64,000 nucleotides of DNA from Planctomycetota bacterium. GTDB lineage: Bacteria > Planctomycetota > UBA1135 > UBA2386. Made by a program: the position numbers and the translations under genes. The notes below the pieces were generated by a model. That model was not told where the DNA came from. It was given only the letters and a program-made list of their open reading frames with translations, and searched no databases. This document shows, piece by piece, positions 1 to 11,642 of this stretch (position 1 is the first letter of the stretch; each line of letters begins with the position of its first letter). The stretch covers positions 2,144,001 through 2,208,000 of the forward strand of contig OZ245006.1 of NCBI GenBank assembly GCA_965223545.1, in the 5' to 3' direction.

Positions 1-1
1 A

Positions 2-586
2 ACGCTGCCGTCGACCCACGCCCCCGATCCTGGGCAGCCATCGCTGCTGCTGCGCGAAATCGCCGGCGGGACCCATCTGGTCGTGGCCGGCGGGCATTTC
101 TATCACCTGACGCTGAGCGAAGACGCCACCCCGATGCCGCGCCTGCGCCCCATCGGAAACCACGTGCTCCCCGTGCACGACCTCTGCAGCTACGCCGGCA
201 TGCTCGCGGTCGCGTTCGGCGGCGTGCGCGCCTCGGCGGGCCAGCCGCAGACCAACCTCTGGCTGGGCCGGGCCGACGACCTCGGCGATCCGGCGCCGTG
301 CTCGGCGGGGATCTGGCACCGCGCGGACCTCGCCGCCGGGGCGCAGTCCGATCCGGTCTCGCTGACGGGGTTCCAGCCGCAGAGCGTGTTGGTAGCCGCC
401 GCTGATCAGAGTGGAGTCGTGCACGTCGAGATCGACGCCAGTGGAGCCGGCGACTGGCTGACGTTCGCGACGATGCAGGTGGACGGTGGCGCCACGCTGT
501 CCTTCCCGGCCGGGTTTGCCGCGCACTGGCTGCGCTTGCGCACCGAAGATGCGCTGACCTTGAGCGCCTGGGTGCATTGTCGCTGA
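2..586 (+). CDS. Hypothetical protein, 5'-truncated by window edge
   Basis: Frame of ORF 83..586 stays open to the window start; host-like codon usage; no recognised family. Confidence 0.6.
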   Translation, partial: TLPSTHAPDPGQPSLLLREIAGGTHLVVAGGHFYHLTLSEDATPMPRLRPIGNHVLPVHDLCSYAGMLAVAFGGVRASAGQPQTNLWLGRADDLGDPAPCSAGIWHRADLAAGAQSDPVSLTGFQPQSVLVAAADQSGVVHVEIDASGAGDWLTFATMQVDGGATLSFPAGFAAHWLRLRTEDALTLSAWVHCR

Positions 587-651
587 GCCGAGCCTACGCT
601 GTCGCGTGTGCGACACGCTCGGCCGGCCCCTGACAACCCCGCAGGCGCGCG

Positions 652-1104
652 GTGAAGACCGTCGTCCAGCGGGTGGCCCGCGCACGCGTCGACGTCGGTG
701 ACGACTGCGTCGGTCGCATCGACGCCGGCCTGCTGCTGCTGGTCGGAATCGAACGCGGCGATACCGAAGCGGACGCCGACGCAACCGCGCAGAAGATCGC
801 CAACCTGCGCTGCTTCCCCGGTCGCACGCCGATGGACCGCACCGTCGCAGAGATCGGTGGCGCCTGCCTGGTGGTCAGCCAGTTCACCCTGGCCGGCTCG
901 GTGCGCAAGGGCAACCGCCCGAGCTTCACCGACGCCGAAGACCCCGCCGCCGCCGAACGGCTGTACGAGCGCGTCTGCGCGCGGTTGCGCGCCACCGGGC
1001 TGCCGGTCGCCAACGGACGATTCGCGGCCGACATGCAGGTCGAGCTGATCAACGACGGGCCGGTGACCCTGTTGGTGTTCTGCCGCGACGGCCGCGTCGG
1101 CTGA
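652..1104 (+). CDS. dtd: D-aminoacyl-tRNA deacylase
   Basis: MKTVVQRV start, VSQFTL motif, GNRPSF, FAADMQVELINDGPVT. Confidence 0.95.
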   Translation: MKTVVQRVARARVDVGDDCVGRIDAGLLLLVGIERGDTEADADATAQKIANLRCFPGRTPMDRTVAEIGGACLVVSQFTLAGSVRKGNRPSFTDAEDPAAAERLYERVCARLRATGLPVANGRFAADMQVELINDGPVTLLVFCRDGRVG

Positions 1105-1130
1105 CAGTTCCCGCGCCGTCGAAGACCCCC

Positions 1131-1979
1131 TCAGCAACCGAAGGTGCGCAGCGTGGAATCCACGCTGCCGACGTAGCTACCGCCGAACAACCGCACGTGC
1201 ACCAGCAATGGGTAGAGGTTGTACAGCTGCCAACGGCGCTCGAACTCCGGCGCGATGGGGCGGCACTCGCGGTAGGCGGCGAAGAAGCGCTCGCCGAAGG
1301 TGTGGAACAGCGTCACGAAGGCAAGCTCGACCTCGGCGTCGGCGTAGTAGATGGCGGGATCCAAGAACGCCGTGACGCGGCCGCCGCGGCTGAGCACATT
1401 GCCCGACCAGACATCGCCGTGCACCAGCGACGGCGTCGGCGCATCATCGATCCAACGCTCCAAGCGACCCGCCAGAGACTCGACGCGCTGCACCATCGCC
1501 GCCGGCAAGCGGCCGGCCTCGCGCGCTTCGTTGGCCATGAACCGCAGCCGTCGCTCGGCGAAGAACTCGCACCAGGACGCCGACCGGTCGTTGGGCTGCC
1601 GCAACCCGCCGATGCGCGTGTCGCGGTGCAAGCCAAATCCGTCGGCCGGCGGCCCAGTCGAGTGCAGCGCCGCCAGCAGTCGGGCGGCGTGCTCTTCCGC
1701 TGCACCCGACGCACCGGTAGTGCCCTCCATCCATTGCATCAACAGGAGATCGGACTCGGCGTGCCACACCCGCGGCACCGGCAACCGGTCCGCGAGCTCG
1801 GCCAACATGAACGCCTCGTCGAGGAGGCCGGCGCTCGCTCGGCGATCGAGCTTGGCGACGCAGCACCGGCCATCGGCCAGCCAGACGCGGCGCACGTCGG
1901 CAACACAACCTCCACCCAGCGCCGCCGAGCGCAGCATACCGACGCCGAGCGCCCGCTCGATTCGCTCGCCCAACCGCAC
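1131..1979 (-). CDS. Fructosamine/ribulosamine kinase family protein
   Basis: LGGGCVAD, LVHGDVWSGN, FLDPAIYYADAEVELA, LYNLYPLLVH; GTG start chosen just downstream of the ptp stop. Confidence 0.9.
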   Translation of the reverse strand: MRLGERIERALGVGMLRSAALGGGCVADVRRVWLADGRCCVAKLDRRASAGLLDEAFMLAELADRLPVPRVWHAESDLLLMQWMEGTTGASGAAEEHAARLLAALHSTGPPADGFGLHRDTRIGGLRQPNDRSASWCEFFAERRLRFMANEAREAGRLPAAMVQRVESLAGRLERWIDDAPTPSLVHGDVWSGNVLSRGGRVTAFLDPAIYYADAEVELAFVTLFHTFGERFFAAYRECRPIAPEFERRWQLYNLYPLLVHVRLFGGSYVGSVDSTLRTFGC

Positions 1980-1986
1980 GATGCGA

Positions 1987-2478
1987 TCAGCCGGCAAGGA
2001 ACTCGGCGCGCACGTGGTCGAGGACGGCCCTGGCGCCGATCTCCACCATGTCGAACACGGAGTCGAACCCGCCCGCGCCGCCGTAGTAGGGATCGGGCAC
2101 GTCACCGCGCGGCAGCCGCGGTGAGAAACTGGTGAACTGCCGGATCTTGTGCTGATGCTCCGGCGGCGCGGCGGAGCGCATGACCTGCTCGTGCTCACCC
2201 CCCATCGCGACCAGCAAGTCGAAGCGCACGTAGTCGTCATCGCGCAGCTGGCGCGCGCGCAGCTGCTGCATGGCGATGCCGCGCGCCGCCGCGGTACGCT
2301 GCGTGCGCGGATCCGGAGCCGAGCCCGTGTGGAAGTCGATGGTGCCGGCGGAATCGACCTCGACCCGCGATTGCAGACCGGCCTCCTGCACCATTGCAGC
2401 GAACACGGCCTCCGCGGTCGGCGAGCGGCAGATGTTGCCTGTGCATACGAACAAGACCCGGACAGGGGCAGCGGCCAT
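1987..2478 (-). CDS. Low-molecular-weight protein-tyrosine phosphatase
   Basis: VCTGNICRSP active-site loop, DSAGT, DVPDPYYG. Confidence 0.93.
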   Translation of the reverse strand: MAAAPVRVLFVCTGNICRSPTAEAVFAAMVQEAGLQSRVEVDSAGTIDFHTGSAPDPRTQRTAAARGIAMQQLRARQLRDDDYVRFDLLVAMGGEHEQVMRSAAPPEHQHKIRQFTSFSPRLPRGDVPDPYYGGAGGFDSVFDMVEIGARAVLDHVRAEFLAG

Positions 2479-2565
2479 GCGCCCCACTTCAGCGCGTGCG
2501 GCTCCCGGACGCCAGACTCCGACGGCGACGGCGACCCACGTGGCGCGTCGCGCCTTCGGGTGCCA

Positions 2566-5500
2566 TCAGTGAAAATCGCGGCTGCCGGAGGTCGCCGGCG
2601 CGGCCACCTGCGGCACCCAAATGTGCCGGGCGATCAAGTGCACGACCTTGTCCTGGCACTGCACGACGCCGCGCACGCCGAGGAACGGCTCCGCCTTGAC
2701 CAACACCGCGAAGCGGTCGAAGACCTTCTCCCAGACCACGACGTTGACGAAACCGGTCTCGTCTTCGAGGGTCATGAACACCACCCCCTTGGCGGTGCCC
2801 GGCCGCTGCCGGCAGATGACCAAACCGGCGTAGCGCGCGCGCGCGCCATCGCGCATGGCGTTGAGAGTGACCGCATCCGGCAAGCCTTGGCCGGTGAGCG
2901 CGGCGCGCAGCGGCTCGAGCGGGTGCGCACGGGGACTGTGCTGGCTGGCTCGATAGTCCCAGGCCACGGTCTCGAGCGGATCGAGCTGGGCGAACTCGGG
3001 CCGGGGCTCGCTCGCCACCAACGGCAACCGCCGGCGCGGCTCACGCGCCACTTCGAGCACCTCCCACAGCGCCTGCCGGCGCCCGGGCTCGAGACCATCG
3101 AGCGCTCCGCACTCGGCCAACGCCGACAGCTGGCGCGCGTCGAGCTGCGCGCGCCGCCGCAGATCCGCGACGTCGGCGAACGCCGCCTGCCGCCGCTCCT
3201 CTTCGAGCCGGCGACCCGCTTCTTCGCCCAGCCCTTTCACATAGCGCAACCCCATGCGCAGCGCCCACCGCCAGCGATGCTTGTGCCCCGGCCGCGGCTC
3301 CAACCCACAGTCCCAGTCACTGCGCAACACGCAGACCGGCCGCACCTCGACGCCGTGCCGCTTGGCGTCCTCGACCAACGTCGCTGGCGCGTAGAAGCCC
3401 ATCGGCTGGGAATTGAGCAGCGCGCAGGTGAACACGTCGAGGTGGTGGCAACGCAGCCATGCCGTGGCGTAGGCGATCAACGCGAAGCTCGCCGCGTGGC
3501 TCTCGGGAAAGCCGTACTCACCGAAACCGCGGATCTGCTCGAACACGCGCTCGGCGAACTCCGCCGCGATCCCCTTCTCCCGCATGCGGCCGACCAGTCG
3601 CTCGCGGTGGCGCTCGATGCGGCCGCTGCGACGCCATGCCGCCATGTCTCGCCGCAGCTGATCGGCCTCCCCCGGCGTGTAGTCGGCGGCGACCATCGCC
3701 AGCTTCATCACCTGCTCCTGGAACAGGGGAACCCCCAGCGTCTTCTCCAGCACCGGCACCAGACAGGGGTGCGCGTAGACGACGTCTTCGGTGCCGTGCC
3801 GGCGGCGCAGGTAGGGATGCACCATGTCCCCGGCGATCGGCCCCGGCCGCACGATGCTGATCTCGATCACCAAGTCGTAGAAGTTGACCGGCCGCAGCCG
3901 CGGCAGCATCGCCATCTGCGCCCGACTCTCGATCTGGAACACGCCGACGGTGTCGCCGCGCCCGATCATCCGGTAGGTGTCGCGGTCCTCCTTCGGGATG
4001 CTGGCCAGGTTCGCATCGAGTCCTTCGTACCGGCGCAGCAGCGCGAGCGCCTTGTCGACCATGGTCAGCGCGCCGAGCCCGAGCAGATCGACCTTGAACA
4101 ACCCCAAGGCCTCGAGGTCGTCCTTGTCCCACTGGATCACGGTGCGGTCCTGCATCGCGCCGTTCTCGATCGGCACCAGCCGACTCACCGGCTCGTGGCC
4201 GAGCAAGAAGCCGCCGGGATGGATCGACAAGTGCCGCGGAAAGTCCTGGATCTCCTCGACCAGCGCGGCGAACCACCGGTGCTCGGTCGCGCCCGCATCC
4301 CACCCGGCCTCGGCCAACGACGGCTCCAGCGCTCCGCCCCACCGCGACGACAGCTTGGCCAAGCGGTCGAGGGAGGTCTCCGGCAACCCCAACACCTTGC
4401 CGACATCGCGGATCGCCGACCGCGTCCGGTAGCGGATCACGTTGGCCACCATCGCTGCGTGGGCGCGGCCGTACTTCGCGTACAGCCACTGGATCACCTC
4501 CTCGCGTCGCTCGTGCGCGATGTCCAGGTCGATGTCCGGTGGCTCGTGCCGCTCGCGCGACAAGAATCGCTCGAACAAGAGATCGATGCGCGCCGGATCC
4601 ACCGCGGTGATGCCGAGGCAGTAGCACACGGCCGAGTTGGCCGCCGAGCCACGCCCCTGGCACAGGATGTCGCGTTCTCGACAGAAGGAGACGATCTCCC
4701 ACATGGTCAAGAAATAGCCCGGGTACTCGAGCTCTTCGATCAAGTCGAGCTCGACCTCGATCTGCGCCGCGATCGCGGCCGGCACCGCGTCGCCGTAGCG
4801 CGCGCGCGCGCCGCGCCGCGCCAGCGTGCGCAGGTGTTGCGCCGACGTGGTGCCGTCGGGCAGCGCCTCGGAAGGGTAGCGGTAGCGCAGCTGCTGCAGG
4901 CCGAACGCGCAGCGCGCGCCGATCTCGAGGGTGCGGTGCACGGCGGCCCGGTCGTCGGCGAAGCGCGCCGCGAACGCGCGCGGCGCGACCAACGCGTGCT
5001 CGGCGTTGGCGCGGGTGAGATCGCCGGCGTCGTGCAAGGAGACGCCATGCCGGATGCACGTCAGCACATCCTGCAGCGGCCGGCGCAACGGCGTGTGGTA
5101 GAGCACCTCGATGGCGGCGGCAACCGGCACCGACAGCCGCCGCGCGCGGGTGCGCAGCGCATGCTCGCGCTCGTGGTCGGCGGCACCGGCGTGGCGCGCG
5201 ACAACGGCGTAGAGGCGATCGTCGAACGCCTCGCGCAGCGGCCGCAGCGACCGCGGCTCGGGCGCCAACGCCAGAAGGCCACGGGCGTGGGCGCAGACGT
5301 CCTCGAGCTGCAGCCAGCACTCCCCCTTCGGCGCCCGGCGCCGCCCCAGGGTCAGCAGCTCGCACAGGTTGCCGTAGCCGTCGCGATCGGTCGCCAGCAG
5401 CAACACGCGGCGGCCGCGCGGCAGGTTGACCTCACTGCCCAGCAACAAACGAACGCCGAGCTCGGCGGCGCGCACGTGCGCGCGCGGCGCGCCGTAGAGG

Positions 5501-5634
5501 CCGTCGCGGTCGGTGATCGCCAGCGTGTCGATGCCGTAGGCATGCGCCTGCTCGACCAGCTCTTCGGGGTGGCTGGCTCCGTGCAAGAACGAGAAGTTGG
5601 TCTTGCACCACAGCGGTACGTAGGCGTCGACCAC
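2566..5634 (-). CDS. dnaE2: Error-prone DNA polymerase DnaE2/ImuC
   Basis: PHP start ([16 protein letters not shown]), [25 protein letters not shown] fold, C-terminal SRDFH typical of DnaE2; GTG start at 5634. Confidence 0.95.
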   Translation of the reverse strand: MVDAYVPLWCKTNFSFLHGASHPEELVEQAHAYGIDTLAITDRDGLYGAPRAHVRAAELGVRLLLGSEVNLPRGRRVLLLATDRDGYGNLCELLTLGRRRAPKGECWLQLEDVCAHARGLLALAPEPRSLRPLREAFDDRLYAVVARHAGAADHEREHALRTRARRLSVPVAAAIEVLYHTPLRRPLQDVLTCIRHGVSLHDAGDLTRANAEHALVAPRAFAARFADDRAAVHRTLEIGARCAFGLQQLRYRYPSEALPDGTTSAQHLRTLARRGARARYGDAVPAAIAAQIEVELDLIEELEYPGYFLTMWEIVSFCRERDILCQGRGSAANSAVCYCLGITAVDPARIDLLFERFLSRERHEPPDIDLDIAHERREEVIQWLYAKYGRAHAAMVANVIRYRTRSAIRDVGKVLGLPETSLDRLAKLSSRWGGALEPSLAEAGWDAGATEHRWFAALVEEIQDFPRHLSIHPGGFLLGHEPVSRLVPIENGAMQDRTVIQWDKDDLEALGLFKVDLLGLGALTMVDKALALLRRYEGLDANLASIPKEDRDTYRMIGRGDTVGVFQIESRAQMAMLPRLRPVNFYDLVIEISIVRPGPIAGDMVHPYLRRRHGTEDVVYAHPCLVPVLEKTLGVPLFQEQVMKLAMVAADYTPGEADQLRRDMAAWRRSGRIERHRERLVGRMREKGIAAEFAERVFEQIRGFGEYGFPESHAASFALIAYATAWLRCHHLDVFTCALLNSQPMGFYAPATLVEDAKRHGVEVRPVCVLRSDWDCGLEPRPGHKHRWRWALRMGLRYVKGLGEEAGRRLEEERRQAAFADVADLRRRAQLDARQLSALAECGALDGLEPGRRQALWEVLEVAREPRRRLPLVASEPRPEFAQLDPLETVAWDYRASQHSPRAHPLEPLRAALTGQGLPDAVTLNAMRDGARARYAGLVICRQRPGTAKGVVFMTLEDETGFVNVVVWEKVFDRFAVLVKAEPFLGVRGVVQCQDKVVHLIARHIWVPQVAAPATSGSRDFH

Positions 5635-5640
5635 CGCGAC

Positions 5641-5669
5641 ACGATGGAAGACAAATGTCTTCCACGCAA
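5641..5669 (-). promoter_or_regulatory. dnaE2 promoter (TTGCGT-17bp-CATCGT) containing candidate LexA operator TGGAAGACA-TT-TGTCTTCCA (5645-5664)
   Basis: Perfect 9-bp-arm palindrome; same core upstream of imuA and lexA. Confidence 0.8.
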
Positions 5670-5760
5670 GAACCCTTCCCATCGGCCCGGGCGCAGTGCC
5701 CGACCCGTGCCGGTCACGTTGACAACGCTTGGAGTAGCACATCAAAATCGCCCGGGCCCC

Positions 5761-8700
5761 ATGCCCCAGAACCATTTCCCCGTTCTGGCGACGCTGGCCT
5801 GCCTGCAGCCCGCGCTCGCGCAGAATCCCGCTCCTCGTTTCGAACGCGTCGATCCGCCGTCGGCGGGGATTCACTTCCGCACCGACGTCGCTGCCGACCA
5901 CCCCCTCGCCCGGCTCTACCACGCCGGGTTCTCCGCCGGCGCGGTCGCCATCGGCGACGTCGACGGCGATGGCCGGCCCGACCTGTTCTTCGCCGCCGGC
6001 CCCGAGGACAACGCCCTCTACCGGCAGACCGCTCCGTTCGAGTTCGACGACATCACCGCGCGCTCCGGCGTCGCCGGCGCCGGTCGCTGGAGCGCCGGCG
6101 CCTGTCTGGTGGACATCGACGACGACGGCGATCTCGACCTCTACGTCTGCAACTACGACAGTGAGAACCAGCTGTTCGTCAACGACGGCAGCGGCGTGTT
6201 CGCCGAGCGCGCGGCGGAGTTCGGCGTCGATCTGGTCGACTCCTGCGTCAACGCCACGTTCGGCGACTACGATCGGGACGGCGATCTCGACCTGTACGTC
6301 GTCACCTACCGCTACTACCGGGAAGGCGGCAAGCCTGCCACCGCACCGATCGAGATGGTCGACGGAGTGCCGCACATCGTCGACGACGAGCAGAAGCACT
6401 ATCGCGTCGCCGAGAACCCCAGGCCGCCGGGCTCGGACGAGCACCCCGGCTATCGGCTGCGCACCTACGGCCGCCACGACTACCTGCTGCGCAACGACGG
6501 CGGCCGGTTCACCGACGTCACCGAAGCAGCCGGCGTCCAGCACGAAGGCTTCGGCCTGTCGGCGACGTGGTGGGACTACGACGAGGACGGTTGGCCGGAC
6601 CTGTACGTGTGCAACGACTTCGATGGCCCGGACAAGCTGTTCCGCAACCACGGCGACGGCACCTTCTCCGACGTCCTGGTCGACGTCGTTCCGCACACGA
6701 CCTGGTTCTCGATGGGCTCGGCCGCGGGAGACCTCAACAACGACGGCCACATCGATCTGCTCGCCACCGACATGTCGGCGACGACGCATTTCATGCAGAA
6801 GACCACGATGGGGGCGATGAACGTCGCCAAGCTGAAGTCCGTCGCCGGCCCGCCGCCGCAGTACATGCGCAACACGGTGTACCTCAACACCGGCACCGGC
6901 CGAATGCTGGAAGCCGCCTATCTGCTCGGCTTGGCGGACAGCGACTGGTCGTGGTGCGTCCAGCTGGGTGATCTCGACAACGACGGCTGGACCGACGCGT
7001 TCATCACCAACGGCATGACGCGGAGCTTCAACGACTCCGACTTCGCCTTCCGCGAAGACATGCTGATCGGCCGCACGCACTGGGACGTCTATCGCGACAC
7101 GCCGCCGCGCCGCGAGCAGAACCTGGCGTTCCGCAACACCGGCGACCTCGGTTTCGACGACGCCAGCGCCGAATGGGGACTGGCCCATGTCGGCATCAGC
7201 TTCGGCGCCGCGCAGGGCGACCTCGACGGCGACGGCGATCTCGATCTGGTGGTCGGCAACCTCGACGAGCCGCCGAGCCTCTACCGCAACACCACCGATA
7301 CCGAGAACAAGGACTGGGTCGGGCTGCGGCTGCGGGGCACGCGCAGCAACCGGTTCGGCTTGGGCACGCGCATCGAGATCGAGCACGCCGGAGGCCGGCA
7401 GGTGCGCGTGTTGACGCCGTACATGCTGCACGGCAGCAACCAACCGGTGGTGCACTTCGGACTCGGCAAGGTGGAGGGTCTCGTGCGCGCCCGCTTGTCT
7501 TGGCCGAGCGGCATCGTGCAAGAGCTGGCCGACCTCGGCGTCTGCCAGTTCCACACCGTCGAGGAGGCCGGCGAGCCGGTGGAAGTGGCGCGCGCGGCAG
7601 CGACGCCGTGGCTCGCACCATCGACGGCGTTGGCCGACGTTCGGCACGAAGAAACCGAGTTCGACGATTTCCGCTTGCAGCCGCTGCTGCCCAACCAGCT
7701 CTCGCAGCTGGGCCCGGGGATGGCGTGGGGCGACATCGACGGCGACGGCGACGACGATGTGTACGTCGGCGGCGCCGGCGGACAGGCCGGCCAGCTGCGG
7801 CGCAACCTGGGTGACGGGAAGTTCGAAGCGGTGCGTTGCTTCGAGCTGCGACGCAGCGAGCGCTGCGAAGACATGGGCGCCTTGTTCTTCGACGCCGACA
7901 GCGACGGTGATCAGGACTTGTTCGTCGTCAGCGGCGGCGTCGAGATCCCGCCCGGCCTACCGTTCTTGAGCGACCGCCTCTACATCAACGACGGCACCGG
8001 CAACTTCGCCAGCGCGCCGCGTGGCTCCCTGCCGCGCGCCACCGACAGTGGCAGCGTCGTCTGCGCCGCCGACTTCGACCGCGACGGCGATCTCGACCTG
8101 TTCGTCGGCGGGCGCGTGGTGCGCGGCGAGTACCCGCTCGCCGCCAACAGCCGCTTGCTGCGCAACGACGGCGGCCGCTTCACCGAGGTCGACGGCACGC
8201 CGGAGACCCTGCGGCGCGCCGGGTTGGTGACGTCGGCGCTCTGGTCCGACGTCGACGCCGACGGCTGGTGCGATCTCTTGGTGACGCTGGAGTGGGGCCC
8301 CGTGCGGCTGTTCCGCAACCGCGACGGCACGCTCGCCGACGGCACCAATGAAGCCGGGCTGGCACGACACACCGGCTGGTGGAACGGCATCGCCGGCCGT
8401 GACCTCGACGGTGACGGCGACATCGACTACGTGGTCACCAACAACGGCTACAACACCAAGTACCACGCTTCGAACGAGCATCCAGCGCTGCTCTACTACG
8501 GCGACTTCGAGGGCAACGGGGTCAAGCGACTGGTCGAGGCCGAGTTCGAGCAGGACCACCTATTTCCGGTGCGTGGCCGCAGCTGCTCGACGCATGCGAT
8601 GCCCTCGCTGGGCGAGAAGATCAGCAGCTATCGCGAGTTCGCGCTCGCCAACCTCAGCGAGATCTACACCGAGCAATGTCTCGACGACGCCGTCCGGCTG

Positions 8701-9354
8701 GCGGCGACCACGCTGGCGTCCTCCGTCTTGCGCAACGACGGCGCCGGTCGCTTCACGGTCGAGCCTCTGCCGCGGTTGGCGCAGATCTCGCCCGGGTTCG
8801 GCGTCGTCGTCACCGAGTTGAACGGTGACGTCCACCCCGACGTCGTGTTGGCACAGAACTTCTTCACACCACAGGCCGAGACCGGTCGGTTCGACAGCGG
8901 CCTCGGCCTGGTGCTGCGCGGAACCGAGAGCGGGCTCGCACCGATGTGGCCGGCGGAGAGCGGCCTGTCGGTCCCCGGCGACGCCAAGGCGCTGACCACG
9001 GCCGACCTCGACGGCGATGGCGCCCTGGACCTGGTGATCACTGTCAACGACGGCCCGGTCGTCGCGTTCGCGAGCCGCGCCGGCACAGGCGGCTCGGTGA
9101 CGGTCGACCTGCAGGGCGCCGCCGGCAATCTCGACGCCGCCGGCAGCCGCGTCACTCTGCGGTTGGCAGACGGGCGCACCCAGACCGCCGAGGTCTACGC
9201 CGGCGGTGGCTACTTGTCGCAGTCGTCGAGCACTCTGGCGTTCGGCACCGGCGGCGCCGCGGTGGAGGGCATCGACGTGACGTGGCCCGACGGCAGCCGG
9301 TCGTCGACCGCGGGCGCGGCGGGCGTGCACCACTATCGCATCACGCAGCCCTGA
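5761..9354 (+). CDS. Secreted FG-GAP/VCBS repeat protein with two ASPIC/UnbV domains (CRTAC1-like)
   Basis: Signal peptide MPQNHF...PALAQ; many DxDGDGDLD repeats; two UnbV-type segments (VVHFGLG..WPSG; LAFGTG..VTWPDG). Confidence 0.88.
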   Translation: MPQNHFPVLATLACLQPALAQNPAPRFERVDPPSAGIHFRTDVAADHPLARLYHAGFSAGAVAIGDVDGDGRPDLFFAAGPEDNALYRQTAPFEFDDITARSGVAGAGRWSAGACLVDIDDDGDLDLYVCNYDSENQLFVNDGSGVFAERAAEFGVDLVDSCVNATFGDYDRDGDLDLYVVTYRYYREGGKPATAPIEMVDGVPHIVDDEQKHYRVAENPRPPGSDEHPGYRLRTYGRHDYLLRNDGGRFTDVTEAAGVQHEGFGLSATWWDYDEDGWPDLYVCNDFDGPDKLFRNHGDGTFSDVLVDVVPHTTWFSMGSAAGDLNNDGHIDLLATDMSATTHFMQKTTMGAMNVAKLKSVAGPPPQYMRNTVYLNTGTGRMLEAAYLLGLADSDWSWCVQLGDLDNDGWTDAFITNGMTRSFNDSDFAFREDMLIGRTHWDVYRDTPPRREQNLAFRNTGDLGFDDASAEWGLAHVGISFGAAQGDLDGDGDLDLVVGNLDEPPSLYRNTTDTENKDWVGLRLRGTRSNRFGLGTRIEIEHAGGRQVRVLTPYMLHGSNQPVVHFGLGKVEGLVRARLSWPSGIVQELADLGVCQFHTVEEAGEPVEVARAAATPWLAPSTALADVRHEETEFDDFRLQPLLPNQLSQLGPGMAWGDIDGDGDDDVYVGGAGGQAGQLRRNLGDGKFEAVRCFELRRSERCEDMGALFFDADSDGDQDLFVVSGGVEIPPGLPFLSDRLYINDGTGNFASAPRGSLPRATDSGSVVCAADFDRDGDLDLFVGGRVVRGEYPLAANSRLLRNDGGRFTEVDGTPETLRRAGLVTSALWSDVDADGWCDLLVTLEWGPVRLFRNRDGTLADGTNEAGLARHTGWWNGIAGRDLDGDGDIDYVVTNNGYNTKYHASNEHPALLYYGDFEGNGVKRLVEAEFEQDHLFPVRGRSCSTHAMPSLGEKISSYREFALANLSEIYTEQCLDDAVRLAATTLASSVLRNDGAGRFTVEPLPRLAQISPGFGVVVTELNGDVHPDVVLAQNFFTPQAETGRFDSGLGLVLRGTESGLAPMWPAESGLSVPGDAKALTTADLDGDGALDLVITVNDGPVVAFASRAGTGGSVTVDLQGAAGNLDAAGSRVTLRLADGRTQTAEVYAGGGYLSQSSSTLAFGTGGAAVEGIDVTWPDGSRSSTAGAAGVHHYRITQP

Positions 9355-9366
9355 CGGCCGACGCGC

Positions 9367-10869
9367 TCAATCGACGACTCCCTGCAGGAACCACCGCCGG
9401 CGCCGGCGGTCGTAGTACACCCACAGCACGTCACCGCCGCGGGTCTCGGCAAAGTAGTACTCGCGGTGCTGCTCGCGCCGCCACCAGCCGCCGGAGACGA
9501 CGAACGGTCCCGACAGGCCCTGCACGTCGGGCACCGGCTCGCCACGCCCATGGTCGTCCGCGCTCGCCGGTGCCAGCAGGCGCGGGCGGTCGAGCACCCG
9601 CCGCACCAACCGCGGTGAGATCACTTCTTCCGGCTGCGGAGCGCGCATGCGCTGCAGGGGCTGCCAGGCGAACTTCGCCTCCGGCAAATGTCCGTCGCGC
9701 ACCACGGCGCAGACCACGGCCGCGTCGCCGAGCTCGGCCCGCAGGCGCGCCAGCGCTCGATTGGCCGCCGCCAAATCGCGCCGCCGCGCGGCGGCGAACA
9801 GCTGCCGCTGCACGACGCCCGCCGGCGCGGTCTCGGCCGTCAGCTCGAAGCCCTCGACCTCGGCTTCGAGCTGCACGCTCTCCAGCCGTAGCCGCAACAG
9901 GTCGATGAGCTGCACCTCATCGAGAGTCGGCTCTGCCGGCCGCACCGTTTCGCGGTGCGGCGCGGCGCGTTCCAACCGCAGAGTCAAGTGCAACGCCGCC
10001 ACCGCCTCCCCTCGCCCACTCAAGCCCGCTGCCAGCCGCGCCAGCCGCTGCTTGCAGAGGAACAACAACCCCTGCACATCGAAGCCACTGGCACCTGGCT
10101 CGCACTCCATCTGCTCGCGCAGCGGATCGCGCACCGGCGCGGGCGACAGCGGCGCTCCGCCACCGCACGCCGCGCGGTGCACGCGATCGGCCTCTGCTCC
10201 GAAGCGGGTGCGCAGCGACCCCGCCGGCAACCGACGCAAGCCACCGACATCCTCGACGCCGAGCTGCAGCAACGCATCGCGCAGGCTCGGTTCGATCGCC
10301 GTGCGATGCAGCGGCACGCGGTCGCTGGCCTCGCGCTCGTCGGCCGCGCTACCGCAGACCGTGACGCGCCCCGGCGCACTAGCGCGCGCCAAGGCGTAGG
10401 TCGCGAAGCGATCGAACCCCACCACGGCGGCGGCCCGCAGCTGCAGGTCTGCCAACCGCGACAGTAGCTTCTGCCCCCACCGCGCGAACGCGTTCTCACC
10501 GGAGTCCGACCGACTGCCGTACAGCCGCTCCACGCCGGAAGCGTTCAGCCAGTGGACGCCGGGATCCGCCCCCGGCTCGATCTCCGGCGAGAACGCGCGC
10601 AACGCCCGCAGCAGCTCGGCGGCGGCAGCCTCGATCTCCGCCGCCGGTACCACCCCCGCGCGCAGATCGGCGAGCAGCGACAAGCCTTCGGCGTAGCGCC
10701 GCCCCGGCCAGATCCGCGCGCGGCGCGCGCGTTCGTTGACCCACAGGATCCGGCCCTGCGGCCGGTCCTCGTCGACGACCGCCACCGCGTGCCGCCGCCA
10801 CTCCGGCCGCCGGCGCAGCAAGAGCTGCAACGCCAAGGCCGGGACGTCAACGCAAGCCCAGCGGTCCAC
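9367..10869 (-). CDS. imuB: ImuB, Y-family DNA polymerase homologue
   Basis: WACVDVPALALQ N-terminus, C-terminal SGGWW..REYYFAE..LWVYYD..WFLQG; directly downstream of imuA. Confidence 0.88.
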   Translation of the reverse strand: MDRWACVDVPALALQLLLRRRPEWRRHAVAVVDEDRPQGRILWVNERARRARIWPGRRYAEGLSLLADLRAGVVPAAEIEAAAAELLRALRAFSPEIEPGADPGVHWLNASGVERLYGSRSDSGENAFARWGQKLLSRLADLQLRAAAVVGFDRFATYALARASAPGRVTVCGSAADEREASDRVPLHRTAIEPSLRDALLQLGVEDVGGLRRLPAGSLRTRFGAEADRVHRAACGGGAPLSPAPVRDPLREQMECEPGASGFDVQGLLFLCKQRLARLAAGLSGRGEAVAALHLTLRLERAAPHRETVRPAEPTLDEVQLIDLLRLRLESVQLEAEVEGFELTAETAPAGVVQRQLFAAARRRDLAAANRALARLRAELGDAAVVCAVVRDGHLPEAKFAWQPLQRMRAPQPEEVISPRLVRRVLDRPRLLAPASADDHGRGEPVPDVQGLSGPFVVSGGWWRREQHREYYFAETRGGDVLWVYYDRRRRRWFLQGVVD

Positions 10870-11506
10870 GCAACACCCGCACGCTTTCCCACGCCATCCC
10901 CCGCCGCTTGTCCTTCTGCGCCTGCACCGACACCGCGAAGCGGCCGGCTGCCAGTCGCACCCGCACCGACCGCACGCGCAGCGAAGCCATCGATCCCCCG
11001 CGCTCGACCGCCGCCCGGCCGGCACCCGCGGTCAGCAACAAGAGCGCGCTGTCGTGCTGCTTGGCCAGGCCGGCCAGCCGCACCTGCGCCGCGAGCGGCA
11101 CCGCGCCTTCGCCGCGCAGACGCGCACCGCGCTGGTCGACGACCGTCAGGCCGAACGCCCCCGAGCGCAGCAGGTGGTCCGCAGACCGCAGCATCGCCGC
11201 CATGCCGTCGGCGCACACGACCGCCAGAGCCTCGAGGTCGACCCCCATGCGCACCACGTCGGGGGGAAAGAAGGTCACCCCTGGCTCCGTCACCCAGGCC
11301 ACCGGCTCACGGCGTTGCTGCGCGTCGCGCACCATCGCCACCGCCGCCGTCGACACGCCCGCCGACGCACCGCCGACCAGCTCGACATAGCGCCCCGCCA
11401 GCTCCGCCAGACACCACGAGGGCGCATCGGACGCCACCGAAGAGGTCGCCCCCCACCACACCCGGCCGGACGCCAGCAGGCCATTCAGCTCCAACGCACT
11501 TGCCAT
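10847..11506 (-). CDS. imuA: ImuA / RecA-like mutagenesis protein
   Basis: GRYVEL, VAWV..FFPPD..GVDLEALAVV, LLRSGAFGLTVVD; degenerate Walker A; overlaps imuB start. Confidence 0.8.
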   Translation of the reverse strand: MASALELNGLLASGRVWWGATSSVASDAPSWCLAELAGRYVELVGGASAGVSTAAVAMVRDAQQRREPVAWVTEPGVTFFPPDVVRMGVDLEALAVVCADGMAAMLRSADHLLRSGAFGLTVVDQRGARLRGEGAVPLAAQVRLAGLAKQHDSALLLLTAGAGRAAVERGGSMASLRVRSVRVRLAAGRFAVSVQAQKDKRRGMAWESVRVLRGPLGLR

Positions 11507-11513
11507 CGGAACC

Positions 11514-11533
11514 GTTTTAGCAGACATTTGTCC
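11514..11533 (-). promoter_or_regulatory. imuA promoter with candidate LexA operator GGACA-AA-TGTCT (11522-11533) followed by -10-like TAAAAC
   Basis: 11/12 match to the operator core, same position relative to the -10 as at lexA and dnaE2. Confidence 0.72.
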
Positions 11534-11540
11534 ACCATCA

Positions 11541-11627
11541 GGAGTCGGGCTCGATTTTCTCGCTTCGCCGGCGCGCCGCCGCCTGGCGGCGGCGCGCCGG
11601 CGAAGCGAGAAAATCGAGCCTGACTCC
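11541..11627. repeat. 87-bp near-perfect palindrome (43-bp arms, 1-nt loop, one mismatch)
   Basis: GGAGTCGGGCTCGATTTTCTCGCTTCGCCGGCGCGCCGCCGCC-T-GGCGGCGGCGCGCCGGCGAAGCGAGAAAATCGAGCCTGACTCC. Confidence 0.95.
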
Positions 11628-11642
11628 GTACCGGCCGAGATC

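Noticed and set aside
2149..5760. N-terminal half of the 2401-aa ORF, and the 5635-7647 extension of the dnaE2 ORF
   Set aside because: Antisense shadow frames of dnaE2 and of the FG-GAP gene in high-GC DNA; real starts are at 5761 (+) and 5634 (-). Not a giant fusion protein.
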